This document shows, piece by piece, positions 18,096-29,214 of a stretch of 42,450 bases of DNA. A program made the translations under genes and the position numbers. Origin of the DNA: Clostridia bacterium (GTDB lineage Bacteria; Bacillota; Clostridia; Oscillospirales; CAG-272); contig JAFVYW010000065.1 of NCBI GenBank assembly GCA_017508465.1, positions 1-42,450 of the forward strand. The letters are read 5' to 3'. Each line of letters starts with the position of its first letter. The stretch's first letter is position 1. The notes beneath the pieces were generated by a model. It had not been told where the DNA came from, ran no database searches, and saw nothing but the letters and a program-made list of their open reading frames with translations.

Positions 18096-18143
18096 TTCCT
18101 TATAAGAAGTGCCCATTGAGGTTACACGCTTTTTTTATTTTTC

Positions 18144-20174
18144 TCACACATCCATAATGACGGGAAGTATCATGGGCTTGCGCTTTGTGTTCTGATAAAT
18201 GAATTTTGCCAGGGCATCGCGGATATCGTTCTTGATGGTTGCCCAATCGGCGTTATGCTTGGAAAGTGACTTTTCGAGGCTCGCCATGGCGACGGCTCTT
18301 GCCTCGCGCATGAGGTCTTCCGATTCCTTGACATATACAAATCCACGCGATACAATATCAGGACCTGACACAATCATTCCATATCCCATATCGACCGTCG
18401 CGACCACAACCACAAGGCCGTCCTCCGAGAGATGCTTTCTGTCGCGAAGGACAACGGCGCCGATGTCACCGACACCCGAGCCATCCACAAGCACCTTACC
18501 CGAGGGGACAGTACCAGCAAAACGCGCGCCATTGTCATCGACCTCGAGAACCTTACCGATTTCGGAAACGAAGATATGTGAGGAGGGAATTCCCATAAAT
18601 TCGCCAATTTCCTTATTGGCATACAGGTGTCGGATTTCACCGTGAATGGGCATAAGATATTTTGGTTTCAGGAGCGCCATCATAAGTTTGATTTCCTCAC
18701 GGCAGGCGTGACCTGATACATGCACCTCTTCGGAGCTGTCATTGACTACCTTGACGCCACTCTTAATCAGGGCGTTGACAATCTTACCGACAAACTTCTC
18801 GTTTCCAGGAATCGTACCCGAGGAAAGAACGACAACATCCCGACTATCCAGTTTGATTTTTTCATGCTCGGCAAAGGCAATCCGATAGAGAGCCGACATC
18901 GGCTCGCCCTGGCTACCTGTGGTGATAAGGGTAATTTCTTCGGGTTTATATTTTTTGATGTCAGAAACATCAATCAGGACGCCTTCGGGGAATTCCATAT
19001 ATCCGAGTTCACTCGCCGCACCGATAATATTGACCATGGAGCGACCAAGGACAGCAACCTTTCTGCCGTGACGGTAGGACGCGTCAATAATCTGCTGAAC
19101 ACGGTGAACATTCGACGAGAATGTCGCGATAATGATACGACGGTCATCGTATTGCATAAAGATACGCTCAAGCGAACTGCCGACCGTTCTTTCCGAGGGG
19201 GTAAAGCCCGCTCTCTCGGCGTTGGTGGATTCGCAAAGGAGAAGAAGTGTGCCCTTTTTACCAATTTCGGCAATTCTGCCGAGATCCATGACATTACTGT
19301 CAAGGGGAGAAACATCAAGCTTGAAATCGCCCGTATGAAATACGGTGCCGAGAGGCGTGTGCAGGGCGATGGCACAAGCGTCGGCGATAGAGTGATTGAC
19401 ATGAATGAATTCCGCCTTGAATTTACCAAGAGAGATGGTATCTCCCGCTTCTACGGTATAAAGCTCGGGCGCGGTCTTTGGCGGATTTTCATCCAGTTTT
19501 CCTTCGATGATACCAAGGGAAAGACGCGTACCATAAATCGGTACATGAATTTGAGAGAGTACATATGCGACAGCACCTACATGGTCCTCATGTCCATGTG
19601 TAATCAGAATACCACGCACGCGATGCGCGTTCTGTACAAGATAGGTGATATCGGGAATGACGAGGTCAACGCCAGGCATCTCCTCGTCTGGAAAGGCAAG
19701 ACCGCAGTCGATAACAACAATATCCTCTCCATACTCTATGACGGTCATATTCTTTCCAATTTCAGAAAGACCGCCGAGCGCCATGATGCGAAGAGTTCCG
19801 CGTTTGCCCTTCGGGGCTTTTTTCTGTGATTTCTGTACCTCCTGCACGGGAAGAGCAGGCGCTTCCTTCATCATAGCACCTCTTTTTGTACCCTTCTTTT
19901 TAAAGGACGAGGGAAGAGGATTTTTCTTTGGCTCGACCACAGGAAGAACCACCGACGCTACCTCTTTTCTGACAACTTTTTTCTTTTTTGGTTTTATGGA
20001 TGCTCCATCAGGTATGGGGTGTTTTTTCTTTGGTTCTGTCTTACCATTCTGCGCGCTGATTGCCTTTTTCCCATTTTGTCCCTGGGGCGCTTTTTTCTTT
20101 GGTAAAAGCTGTTCACCCACACCTTTTTTCATTGGTGTTTTCTTTTTGGTTTCTTGTTTCATATCTGTCACCAT
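18144..20174 (-). CDS. rnj: Ribonuclease J with a ~125-aa Lys/Pro-rich N-terminal extension
   Basis: LRIMALGGLSEIGKNMTVIEY, metallo-beta-lactamase motif ILITHGHEDHVGA, beta-CASP and C-terminal domains. Alternative start ATG at 20162 (GGTGA 5 nt upstream). Confidence 0.9.
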   Translation of the reverse strand: MVTDMKQETKKKTPMKKGVGEQLLPKKKAPQGQNGKKAISAQNGKTEPKKKHPIPDGASIKPKKKKVVRKEVASVVLPVVEPKKNPLPSSFKKKGTKRGAMMKEAPALPVQEVQKSQKKAPKGKRGTLRIMALGGLSEIGKNMTVIEYGEDIVVIDCGLAFPDEEMPGVDLVIPDITYLVQNAHRVRGILITHGHEDHVGAVAYVLSQIHVPIYGTRLSLGIIEGKLDENPPKTAPELYTVEAGDTISLGKFKAEFIHVNHSIADACAIALHTPLGTVFHTGDFKLDVSPLDSNVMDLGRIAEIGKKGTLLLLCESTNAERAGFTPSERTVGSSLERIFMQYDDRRIIIATFSSNVHRVQQIIDASYRHGRKVAVLGRSMVNIIGAASELGYMEFPEGVLIDVSDIKKYKPEEITLITTGSQGEPMSALYRIAFAEHEKIKLDSRDVVVLSSGTIPGNEKFVGKIVNALIKSGVKVVNDSSEEVHVSGHACREEIKLMMALLKPKYLMPIHGEIRHLYANKEIGEFMGIPSSHIFVSEIGKVLEVDDNGARFAGTVPSGKVLVDGSGVGDIGAVVLRDRKHLSEDGLVVVVATVDMGYGMIVSGPDIVSRGFVYVKESEDLMREARAVAMASLEKSLSKHNADWATIKNDIRDALAKFIYQNTKRKPMILPVIMDV

Positions 20175-20193
20175 ACTGTTCTATTTTCAAAAT

Positions 20194-20227
20194 ATAAAGA
20201 CAAGGTGTATGCCCACCTTGTCTTTAT
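20194..20227 (-). terminator. Perfect 14-bp stem hairpin ~20 nt upstream of the rnj ORF
   Basis: ATAAAGACAAGGTG tatgcc CACCTTGTCTTTAT. On the minus strand it is followed by ATATTTTG. Terminator, attenuator or 5' UTR structure. Confidence 0.45.
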
Positions 20228-20368
20228 ATGCCATCGTTTTATATTTGCCAAAAACATTACTTTACATTTGTGTCAAACTTAACTTTACATAAGGCTTATA
20301 TAAGACAAGTTTTTTCTTACTTATTTTGCCCATTTTTGCATATTTTAAAAATGAGCGTAAAAATCCCT

Positions 20369-20395
20369 GTCGGAAAGAATATGTGCGTTTCCGAC
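20369..20395 (-). terminator. Candidate terminator after the HTH gene
   Basis: GTCGGAAA (11-nt loop) TTTCCGAC, with a T-run a few nt downstream on the minus strand. Confidence 0.4.
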
Positions 20396-20434
20396 TGTTT
20401 TTGGCATTTTTTATCAATTTTTTATAACTTTAGT

Positions 20435-21118
20435 TTACTTTCTACCAAAGAGACGGCTAAAGAGACCTCTCTTTTCAGGAGCAACCTTTTCAAGGAATGC
20501 ATCCTCGCGAGACTTTTTCTTACCCTTGGGAGCATCTTCTTCCACCGCAACAGCAGGCGTTTCTTCTGTCTGGGTTTCCTGAACTTCTTCCACAACGGGC
20601 TCTTCTTCGACCACGAGAGTTTCCTCGACAGCAGGCTCTTCCACAGGTGCTTCTTCGCTTACTTCTTCGGTCACTTCTTCAGCGACTTCTTCAGTAGCGA
20701 CTTCAGTTACCTCTTCAACAACGGGAGTTTCCTCGATAGCAGGCTCTTCGACAATAGCCTCTTCGACCACTGCTTCTTCTACTACCTCTTCCACAGGCTC
20801 TTCGACAGCAACAGCTACCTCTTCGGTCGCTGCAAGCTCGCTCTGTACCTGCGCTTCGATTTCTGCCTGTGCCTGTTTGGAAAGACGGCGTCTCTTCTTC
20901 TTTTCAGGAACAACTACCTCGTAGGATTCATCGAGAAGGTCATCAATGCTAATGCCAAGAAGCATCTTGATTTCGATGAGCTTTGCTACTTCAGGGTAGG
21001 ATTGACCGCTTTCCCATTTGTAAACTGCCTGACGGGATACGCCAACAGCGGATGCAAAATCATCCTGAGTAAGTCCTTTCATTTTTCTTAACTTTACAAG
21101 TTTTTCTTTGAAAGTCAT
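20435..21118 (-). CDS. XRE-family HTH protein with an acidic E/V-repeat linker and a basic amphipathic C-terminal tail
   Basis: N-terminus is LTQDDFASAVGVSRQAVYKWESGQSYPEVAKLIEI (HTH_3). About 110 aa of (E/V/A/P) repeats follow. C-terminus is KRGLFSRLFGRK. Second ATG (MTFKEK) preferred: GAGG 8 nt upstream. Confidence 0.75.
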   Translation of the reverse strand: MTFKEKLVKLRKMKGLTQDDFASAVGVSRQAVYKWESGQSYPEVAKLIEIKMLLGISIDDLLDESYEVVVPEKKKRRRLSKQAQAEIEAQVQSELAATEEVAVAVEEPVEEVVEEAVVEEAIVEEPAIEETPVVEEVTEVATEEVAEEVTEEVSEEAPVEEPAVEETLVVEEEPVVEEVQETQTEETPAVAVEEDAPKGKKKSREDAFLEKVAPEKRGLFSRLFGRK

Positions 21119-21152
21119 TTTCATTTCCTCTCTTTGTATAAAGATTGTTTTA

Positions 21153-21845
21153 TTATTTTATTAAATTATCATAAATATCGGTATGCGGATCGTATTTCAT
21201 ATAGGTGGGGGAATGTAGTTTCCAACCATCCTCCTCTTCGATCACCGAGAAGGTCAGAATGCGCTCATAGGCGTTATTGTCATCATCATAGACCACCACA
21301 TTCATCGTGAGATAGATAACCTCTCCCTTGACCTCTTTGATACGCATCGTTTCGGTGTGATACTCAACCTCGTTTTTAAAATAGACATTGGCTTTCCGGT
21401 TTACCATCAGAGTGACTTCACCCGTCTGTTTATCTGTCTCATCATAATAACGAACCAGGGAGACAATACTTGAATTTTCATCTCTTACATTTCCGAGTAT
21501 TGTTTTTTCCACCGTATCACACACACTGGCAGAATAATATCTTTTTGTAATCTTACGGATATCCTCTACCGAATGTATTCCGTAGTATTCCATCTCGTCG
21601 GACGAGGCAGGAAGATAGGTAGGATCACTGCCATCGTCATCGATGGAGAGAATGCCAACACCCCATAATACCGTATTGATTTTCTTTACCATATGGATAA
21701 GATGTGTCGCATTCTCTAAAACTTCTGTTTCATCATATTCTCTCGGTGGTATCCACTTATCCTCCTCTTCCTTTTTCTTACAGCAAAGAAGTGTCAGGAG
21801 AGAGAACACGAGGAGTATACATAAAATTGGCTTTAAGAATTTCAT
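21153..21845 (-). CDS. Hypothetical secreted or membrane-anchored protein (possible lipoprotein)
   Basis: N-terminus is [25 protein letters not shown]. Its ATG overlaps the gyrA TGA (ATGA). Confidence 0.65.
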   Translation of the reverse strand: MKFLKPILCILLVFSLLTLLCCKKKEEEDKWIPPREYDETEVLENATHLIHMVKKINTVLWGVGILSIDDDGSDPTYLPASSDEMEYYGIHSVEDIRKITKRYYSASVCDTVEKTILGNVRDENSSIVSLVRYYDETDKQTGEVTLMVNRKANVYFKNEVEYHTETMRIKEVKGEVIYLTMNVVVYDDDNNAYERILTFSVIEEEDGWKLHSPTYMKYDPHTDIYDNLIK

Positions 21846-24442
21846 TCTTCTTCCTCTGTCAGAGCCTCTTCGGGTTCTTTAAGTGCGTCGACGGGAGTTT
21901 CTTCACCATCTTCCATCTCCGATAACTCTTCGTCATCGGCGGGAACAGGTGTCGACTGAAGGGTTTCTTCCTTCGATTTGGTTTCCTCTTCAATTTCTTC
22001 CTGTCTTTCAAGACGCGTGAAATTATAAATCTTTGCCCCGTCGGAAAGTCTCATGACAATAACACCTGCGGCGCTACGCGAGTAGACATTAATACTGTTG
22101 ACAGCGGTACGGATAATCGTGCCCTCATTGGTGATCAGCATGATATCATCCTCTTCGCTTACTGTCGCAATACCGCAAAGCATACCCGATTTTTCGGTAA
22201 TCTTATGCGCGATAATACCACTACCGCCACGGTGCTTCATCAGGCGGAAATCAGAGAAGAGTGTTCTCTTTGCAAGACCGCCCTCCGTAACGGTGAGAAG
22301 CGTTTTGTTTTCATCTACAACGGCTACGCCGACAATCAGGTCACCCTCGGCAAGACGCATCGCACGAACACCGCGCGCCGTTCTTCCCATCGGGCGAACC
22401 TGGCTTTCTTCAAAGCGTGTTGCGTTACCAAATCTCGATGCGATAATGAGGTTTTCATTACCATCGGTATGGCGTACATAAAGCAGCTCATCGCCCTCGT
22501 CGAGTGTGATAGCCTTCTTACCGCCGCGTCTCTGATAGGTAAATTCAGAGAGGCTGGTACGCTTGATGACACCGTTCTTGGTAATCATGGTGAGATAATG
22601 CTCGGGATTAAAGTCGAGGACGGAAACCATCGCCGTGACCTTTTCATCCTTCTGAAGCTCCAGAACATTGACGATGTTCGTTCCCTTTGCCGTTCTGGAT
22701 GCCTCGGGAATGCGGTATGCCTTCTTCATATATACTCTACCAAGGTTGGTAAAGAAGAGAATATTGGAATGGCTGTCTGCTACGGTGATATTGATAACGA
22801 AATCCTCGTCCTTTGTCGTCATACCAATAATACCCTTACCACCGCGGTTCTGCGCGACATAAGTGGTCGCACGCTGGCGCTTGATATAACCGGTATAGGA
22901 CATTGTGAGAACGCATACATGGCGCTCGATAAGGTCCTCAAGATCAATCTCTTCGGTCGCTTCGACAATTTCAGTACGACGCGCATCACCGAATTTACGG
23001 CGGATTTCTTCCAGCTCTTCCTTCAAAATCTGGCGTACTCTCTCTTCCGATGCTAAAATCGCTTCCAGCTCTTCGACAAGGGCGGTCAGGTTGGCGATTT
23101 TATCCATCACCTTCTGTCGTTCCATACCGGAGAGACGGCCGAGTGTCATTTCCACGATAGCCTGTGACTGCTCCTCGGACAGACCAAAGCGGTTTTGCAG
23201 GTTGATTTTTGCCTCTGTAACAGAAGGCGATGCTTTGATAATCGCGATCACCTCGTCGATATTCTCCGAGGCGATACGATAGCCCTCGTTGATGTGGAGT
23301 TCTCTCTTCGCTTTGTTAAGATCAAACTGGGTGCGCTTGACAATAACAGAGGTCTGGAACTCAATGTAGTTATCGAGAATTTGGCGAAGGGAAAGAATTT
23401 TAGGTTCGCCACCGTCGATAACAAGCATATTGACACTACAGGTATCCTGCAGTTGTGTATATTTATAAAGTTGATTTAAAATAACCTCGCCGTTGGCATC
23501 CTTGCGGTATTCGACCACAATTCTCATACCACCGCGTCCTGACTCGTCGCGAAGGGCGGTGATGCCTTCGATTTTCTTTTCCTTTACAAGATTGGCAATA
23601 CTCTCGACGAGCATCGACTTATTGACCATATAAGGAATTTCAGTAAAGATAATACGGCGGTTATCCTCTTCCACGCGACCACGCGCACGCACATAGACGC
23701 GTCCCTTACCCGTCTCATACGCATCACGGATACCTTTGGTACCATAGATAATCGCAGAGGTGGGGAAGTCAGGACCTTTGATAATCGTCATCAGGTCATC
23801 TGTCGTACAATCGGGGTTTTCCATACGGAAGATAATACCATCAATGATTTCTGTCAGGTTATGGGGAGGGATATTGGTCGCCATACCGACGGCAATACCC
23901 ACAGAGCCGTTGACAAGAAGGTTTGGAAAACGCGAGGGAAGAACAACAGGCTCATCTCTCGTATTGTCAAAGTTTCTCGTCATCGGTACGACACCCTTTT
24001 CGATGTCGCTCATCATAAGGTCGGCAATCTTGCTCATTCTCGCCTCGGTATAACGGTAAGCAGCCGCGCCGTCACCGTCGACATTACCGAAGTTACCATG
24101 ACCTTCTACAAGGGGGTAACGCAGAGAGAAGTTCTGCGCCATTCTTACCATCGCCTGATAAACAGCGGCGTCACCATGGGGATGGTATCTACCAAGCACA
24201 TTACCGACGGTCGTCGCAGACTTACGGAAGGGACGATTATAGGTCAGATTATCTTCATACATTGCATAAAGAATTCTTCTCTGACCGGGTTTCATACCGT
24301 CGCGCACATCGGGCAGGGCACGGGAAGTAATAACGCTCATCGAATATTCGATAAAGGCACTCTTTACTTCCTTTTCCATATCCTGAAGCTCTATGTGCTG
24401 GTTTGGAAATTCGATATCACTCGATCTATATGTATGTTCCAT
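21842..24442 (-). CDS. gyrA: DNA gyrase subunit A
   Basis: 866 aa; [36 protein letters not shown] and [10 protein letters not shown] (active-site Tyr). Acidic C-terminal tail. Confidence 0.95.
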   Translation of the reverse strand: MEHTYRSSDIEFPNQHIELQDMEKEVKSAFIEYSMSVITSRALPDVRDGMKPGQRRILYAMYEDNLTYNRPFRKSATTVGNVLGRYHPHGDAAVYQAMVRMAQNFSLRYPLVEGHGNFGNVDGDGAAAYRYTEARMSKIADLMMSDIEKGVVPMTRNFDNTRDEPVVLPSRFPNLLVNGSVGIAVGMATNIPPHNLTEIIDGIIFRMENPDCTTDDLMTIIKGPDFPTSAIIYGTKGIRDAYETGKGRVYVRARGRVEEDNRRIIFTEIPYMVNKSMLVESIANLVKEKKIEGITALRDESGRGGMRIVVEYRKDANGEVILNQLYKYTQLQDTCSVNMLVIDGGEPKILSLRQILDNYIEFQTSVIVKRTQFDLNKAKRELHINEGYRIASENIDEVIAIIKASPSVTEAKINLQNRFGLSEEQSQAIVEMTLGRLSGMERQKVMDKIANLTALVEELEAILASEERVRQILKEELEEIRRKFGDARRTEIVEATEEIDLEDLIERHVCVLTMSYTGYIKRQRATTYVAQNRGGKGIIGMTTKDEDFVINITVADSHSNILFFTNLGRVYMKKAYRIPEASRTAKGTNIVNVLELQKDEKVTAMVSVLDFNPEHYLTMITKNGVIKRTSLSEFTYQRRGGKKAITLDEGDELLYVRHTDGNENLIIASRFGNATRFEESQVRPMGRTARGVRAMRLAEGDLIVGVAVVDENKTLLTVTEGGLAKRTLFSDFRLMKHRGGSGIIAHKITEKSGMLCGIATVSEEDDIMLITNEGTIIRTAVNSINVYSRSAAGVIVMRLSDGAKIYNFTRLERQEEIEEETKSKEETLQSTPVPADDEELSEMEDGEETPVDALKEPEEALTEEEE

Positions 24443-24471
24443 ACGCTTTGGATTTTCCTTTCTTCCTGATA

Positions 24472-26406
<1,935 letters not shown>

Positions 26407-26420
26407 CTAATTTTAGTTTT

Positions 26421-26693
26421 TCAATCGTTGTTTTCCACAAGAGGAGTTTCGGCGCGTTGCCTGAGTCCAATTGTCGAGATACGGGAGAGTGATACCCTCT
26501 CTTCTCCCTCATCATCTACCATGACAATAAAGGAGCGGGGCAGGTCGTAGTCCTCATAAGAGATTTTCCCCTCTCGTGAGACCTTGTCGATATAACTCTT
26601 CGTATGCTTGGATACCGTCGCGGTATCCAGGTCAAAAATACCGACGATATGCTTCTTTTTCAGGCTTTTTCCATTACCTACATGAAGATACAC
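26421..26693 (-). CDS. DUF370 (RemB/YaaB-like) protein
   Basis: Sits between recF and gyrB as in Bacillus. IVGIFDLD...SRISTIGLRQR. GTG start preferred (AAAGGAG 6 nt upstream); overlaps the recF 3' end. Confidence 0.75.
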   Translation of the reverse strand: MYLHVGNGKSLKKKHIVGIFDLDTATVSKHTKSYIDKVSREGKISYEDYDLPRSFIVMVDDEGEERVSLSRISTIGLRQRAETPLVENND

Positions 26694-27786
26694 GGTATTC
26701 TCCTTTCGATACCTCAATGATATTTGTTTTTGAAGGCAATCCCTTCGGTGTGGTGCATGAGGTGATAATCACCTGACACGCACGGCTTTCTTCCAAAAGA
26801 AAGCGTTGTCTTGTTTCATCAAGCTCTGATAAAACATCGTCAAGCAGATATACAGGACTTTCTCCTGTAATCTCGCGACATACCTCTCCCTCCGCATGCT
26901 TCAAGGCAAGTACAATAGAGCGTTGCTGTCCCTGGGAGGCAAAATATCTCGCTTCCTTACCGCCGAGGTCAATCGCAATATCGTCGCGCATCGGTCCGAA
27001 AAGCGTAGAGCCAAAGGCGCATTCTCTTTGCAGAGACGAGGTGAATATTTCATCATAGAGCGAAACAATTTCCTCGCGTGTGCCATCCGTCACTCTTTCT
27101 TCATGGATATCGGAAAGGAAGCGGATCGTCAATTCCTCTTCCTTGATTTCTTTCAGGTAAGGAATGGCATATTTCGCGATATTTTCGCAGTATTCTTTAC
27201 GGTACATATAAATGTATGAGGCGTATTCCGCAAGGTAATGCGACCAGGCGTAAAGCTCCTCACGGTCGACCGCATCCCCTCGGGAAGCGCGCTTCAGGAG
27301 TGCATTTCTTTGCTCGAGAGCATTCTTATAGCTCGAATAATATTTGATATACCCATCATGCGCGCCCGAGATACCGACATCTAAAAAGCGTCTTCTCTCT
27401 TCCGGTCCCCCCTTGATCAGCGTCAGGTGGTCGGGACAGAACAGGACAGAGCGGAAGTTGCCGAGCATTTCCGTCACGCGCCCGAGACGAATACCGTCAC
27501 GCAGACGGCGTCTGTCGCCTTTGTAGTAAGTATAAGAAAGTGTATGCTCTCCATCGCTTTTCTCATAGCCGATTTCAATCATGAAGCCGTCCTCGCCGAA
27601 GCGCGTCATCTCCTTGTCAGATGCGCCACGGTGACTTTTGCCACGCGAGAAGAGATAGATACCCTCGGTGACATTTGTCTTTCCCTGTGCATTTTCGCCA
27701 AGCAGAAGATTTACGCCACGCGTAAAGGGGATATTGCACTCACGGATATTCCGATAGTTTTTGGCTTTGAAATACTGGAGTTCCAT
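26674..27786 (-). CDS. recF: DNA replication and repair protein RecF
   Basis: 370 aa; FKAKNYRNI...GVNLLLGENAQGKTNVTEGI (Walker A), SQGQQRS signature and LLDDVLSELD. Confidence 0.92.
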   Translation of the reverse strand: MELQYFKAKNYRNIRECNIPFTRGVNLLLGENAQGKTNVTEGIYLFSRGKSHRGASDKEMTRFGEDGFMIEIGYEKSDGEHTLSYTYYKGDRRRLRDGIRLGRVTEMLGNFRSVLFCPDHLTLIKGGPEERRRFLDVGISGAHDGYIKYYSSYKNALEQRNALLKRASRGDAVDREELYAWSHYLAEYASYIYMYRKEYCENIAKYAIPYLKEIKEEELTIRFLSDIHEERVTDGTREEIVSLYDEIFTSSLQRECAFGSTLFGPMRDDIAIDLGGKEARYFASQGQQRSIVLALKHAEGEVCREITGESPVYLLDDVLSELDETRQRFLLEESRACQVIITSCTTPKGLPSKTNIIEVSKGEYRVSSCR

Positions 27787-28937
27787 CAGCCATTCATTCT
27801 GACGGGAAGGATCATATAGAAATAAGAGAAGTTTTCGTCCTCTTCCTCGGGTTCGATGGTAATCGACTGTGTCGGGCCCTTCATCGTGATAACGATGTTC
27901 TCGCCTTCCGCTACCTTGATGCTGTTGATAAGATAACGGCAGTTAAAGCCGATTTCAATGCTGTCGCCCTCATGAATGCAGTCGACCTCATCATACACGC
28001 GACCATTGACCGACTCGGAGGTGATGGTGATAAATCTGCCGTCTACGGTAAGCTTTACATAGCTTCTTCCGCTTCCCTGAATTTTTTCCTCCGCAATAAT
28101 ATTCGCGCGCTCCAGCGCCGAGAGAAGTCTCTCACGCTCGACAACGAGTTGAATGTGGTTATCACGGGGAAGAAGGTTATTGTACTGAATGTAATCAGAG
28201 TCAATGGTACGGGTGAAGAAAATCATGTCCGTCATACGCAAAATCGCATGCTTTCTCGAAAGATAGAAGTCTACCATCTCTTCTTCATCGTCAGGAAGAA
28301 TTCTCATGATTTCAGGAAGCGCATGACCAGGGATAATAAAAGAATACTTTTCAAGAATTTCGCTTCCGAGCGTCTCATAATCAAGTTTCTGCGTGCATTT
28401 GGAAAGGGTGAAGCTATCGCAGGAAACCACCTCCATCTTGCCGTCGCTGACATCGAAGTAAGCGCCACAGAGCATCGGACGGTTATCCTGTTCTGCCACA
28501 GAGTGCTGTACCTTGGAAATCATCTTGCGGAGAGTGCTGGCATTGACGCGGAAGCCTCTTTCGGTCATCAGGTCGGGAAGATTTGGAAATTCGCCGCCCG
28601 AGAACGCGAACATTGAGAAGGTCGATTTACCAGAGGTAACGGTGCAGTTGAATTTATCGTCAACCTCGATGGTAAGCTCATCCTGTGGAAGAACGCGGAT
28701 GGTCTGATAAAGACGCTGTGCATTTACGATAAAAGAACCCTCGCGCTCAACAGATACACAATCGAATGTCGCGCGCACGCCCTTGTTCATATCGTAAGTG
28801 GAGATGCGTACACGCGCGCCAGGCATGGTTTCAAACAAGACGCCTTCCAGAGAGGAAATGGTATTTTTATTGGATACCGTACCCATAGCGGGGGTAAGTT
28901 TATTCATCAAAACAGATTTTTCTACTGTGAACTTCAT
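27786..28937 (-). CDS. dnaN: DNA polymerase III beta sliding clamp
   Basis: Trimmed to MKFTVEKSVLMNKL (AAAGGAG upstream). Three-domain clamp-length protein. TGATG overlap with the recF start. Confidence 0.92.
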   Translation of the reverse strand: MKFTVEKSVLMNKLTPAMGTVSNKNTISSLEGVLFETMPGARVRISTYDMNKGVRATFDCVSVEREGSFIVNAQRLYQTIRVLPQDELTIEVDDKFNCTVTSGKSTFSMFAFSGGEFPNLPDLMTERGFRVNASTLRKMISKVQHSVAEQDNRPMLCGAYFDVSDGKMEVVSCDSFTLSKCTQKLDYETLGSEILEKYSFIIPGHALPEIMRILPDDEEEMVDFYLSRKHAILRMTDMIFFTRTIDSDYIQYNNLLPRDNHIQLVVERERLLSALERANIIAEEKIQGSGRSYVKLTVDGRFITITSESVNGRVYDEVDCIHEGDSIEIGFNCRYLINSIKVAEGENIVITMKGPTQSITIEPEEEDENFSYFYMILPVRMNG

Positions 28938-28984
28938 TATGTTCTCCTTTTGTCCATTTCGGACCTTGTTCATGTACGGTGCGA

Positions 28985-29214
28985 AGCACCTTTTATAGAT
29001 GGATTGTATTTATTGGTAGTTGTAATAGTAGTAGGGGCTGTGGAAATTGTGGAAAAGTCTTGAATATGGCTCTGTATCTCACTGTTCAGGCGTTTTCCTA
29101 TGTGGAAATTCTGTGGATTTTAACGGGAGAAAAAAGTGGAAAAGAAACAGACATTTTTTCCCGTCAAAATCGTCGGCATTTCCACGGGATTTCAACAGGT
29201 TTTCCACAAAACCA
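28985..29214. other. oriC module in the dnaA-dnaN spacer: AT-rich stretch, DnaA-trios, GC clamp, DnaA-box array
   Basis: Trios TAG TTG TAA TAG TAG TAG (29017-29034), then GGGGC. Boxes: TGTGGAAAT 29039, TGTGGAAAA 29048, TGTGGAAAT 29101, TGTGGATTT 29112, AGTGGAAAA 29135, ATTTCCACG 29178, TTTTCCACA 29200. Confidence 0.8.
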
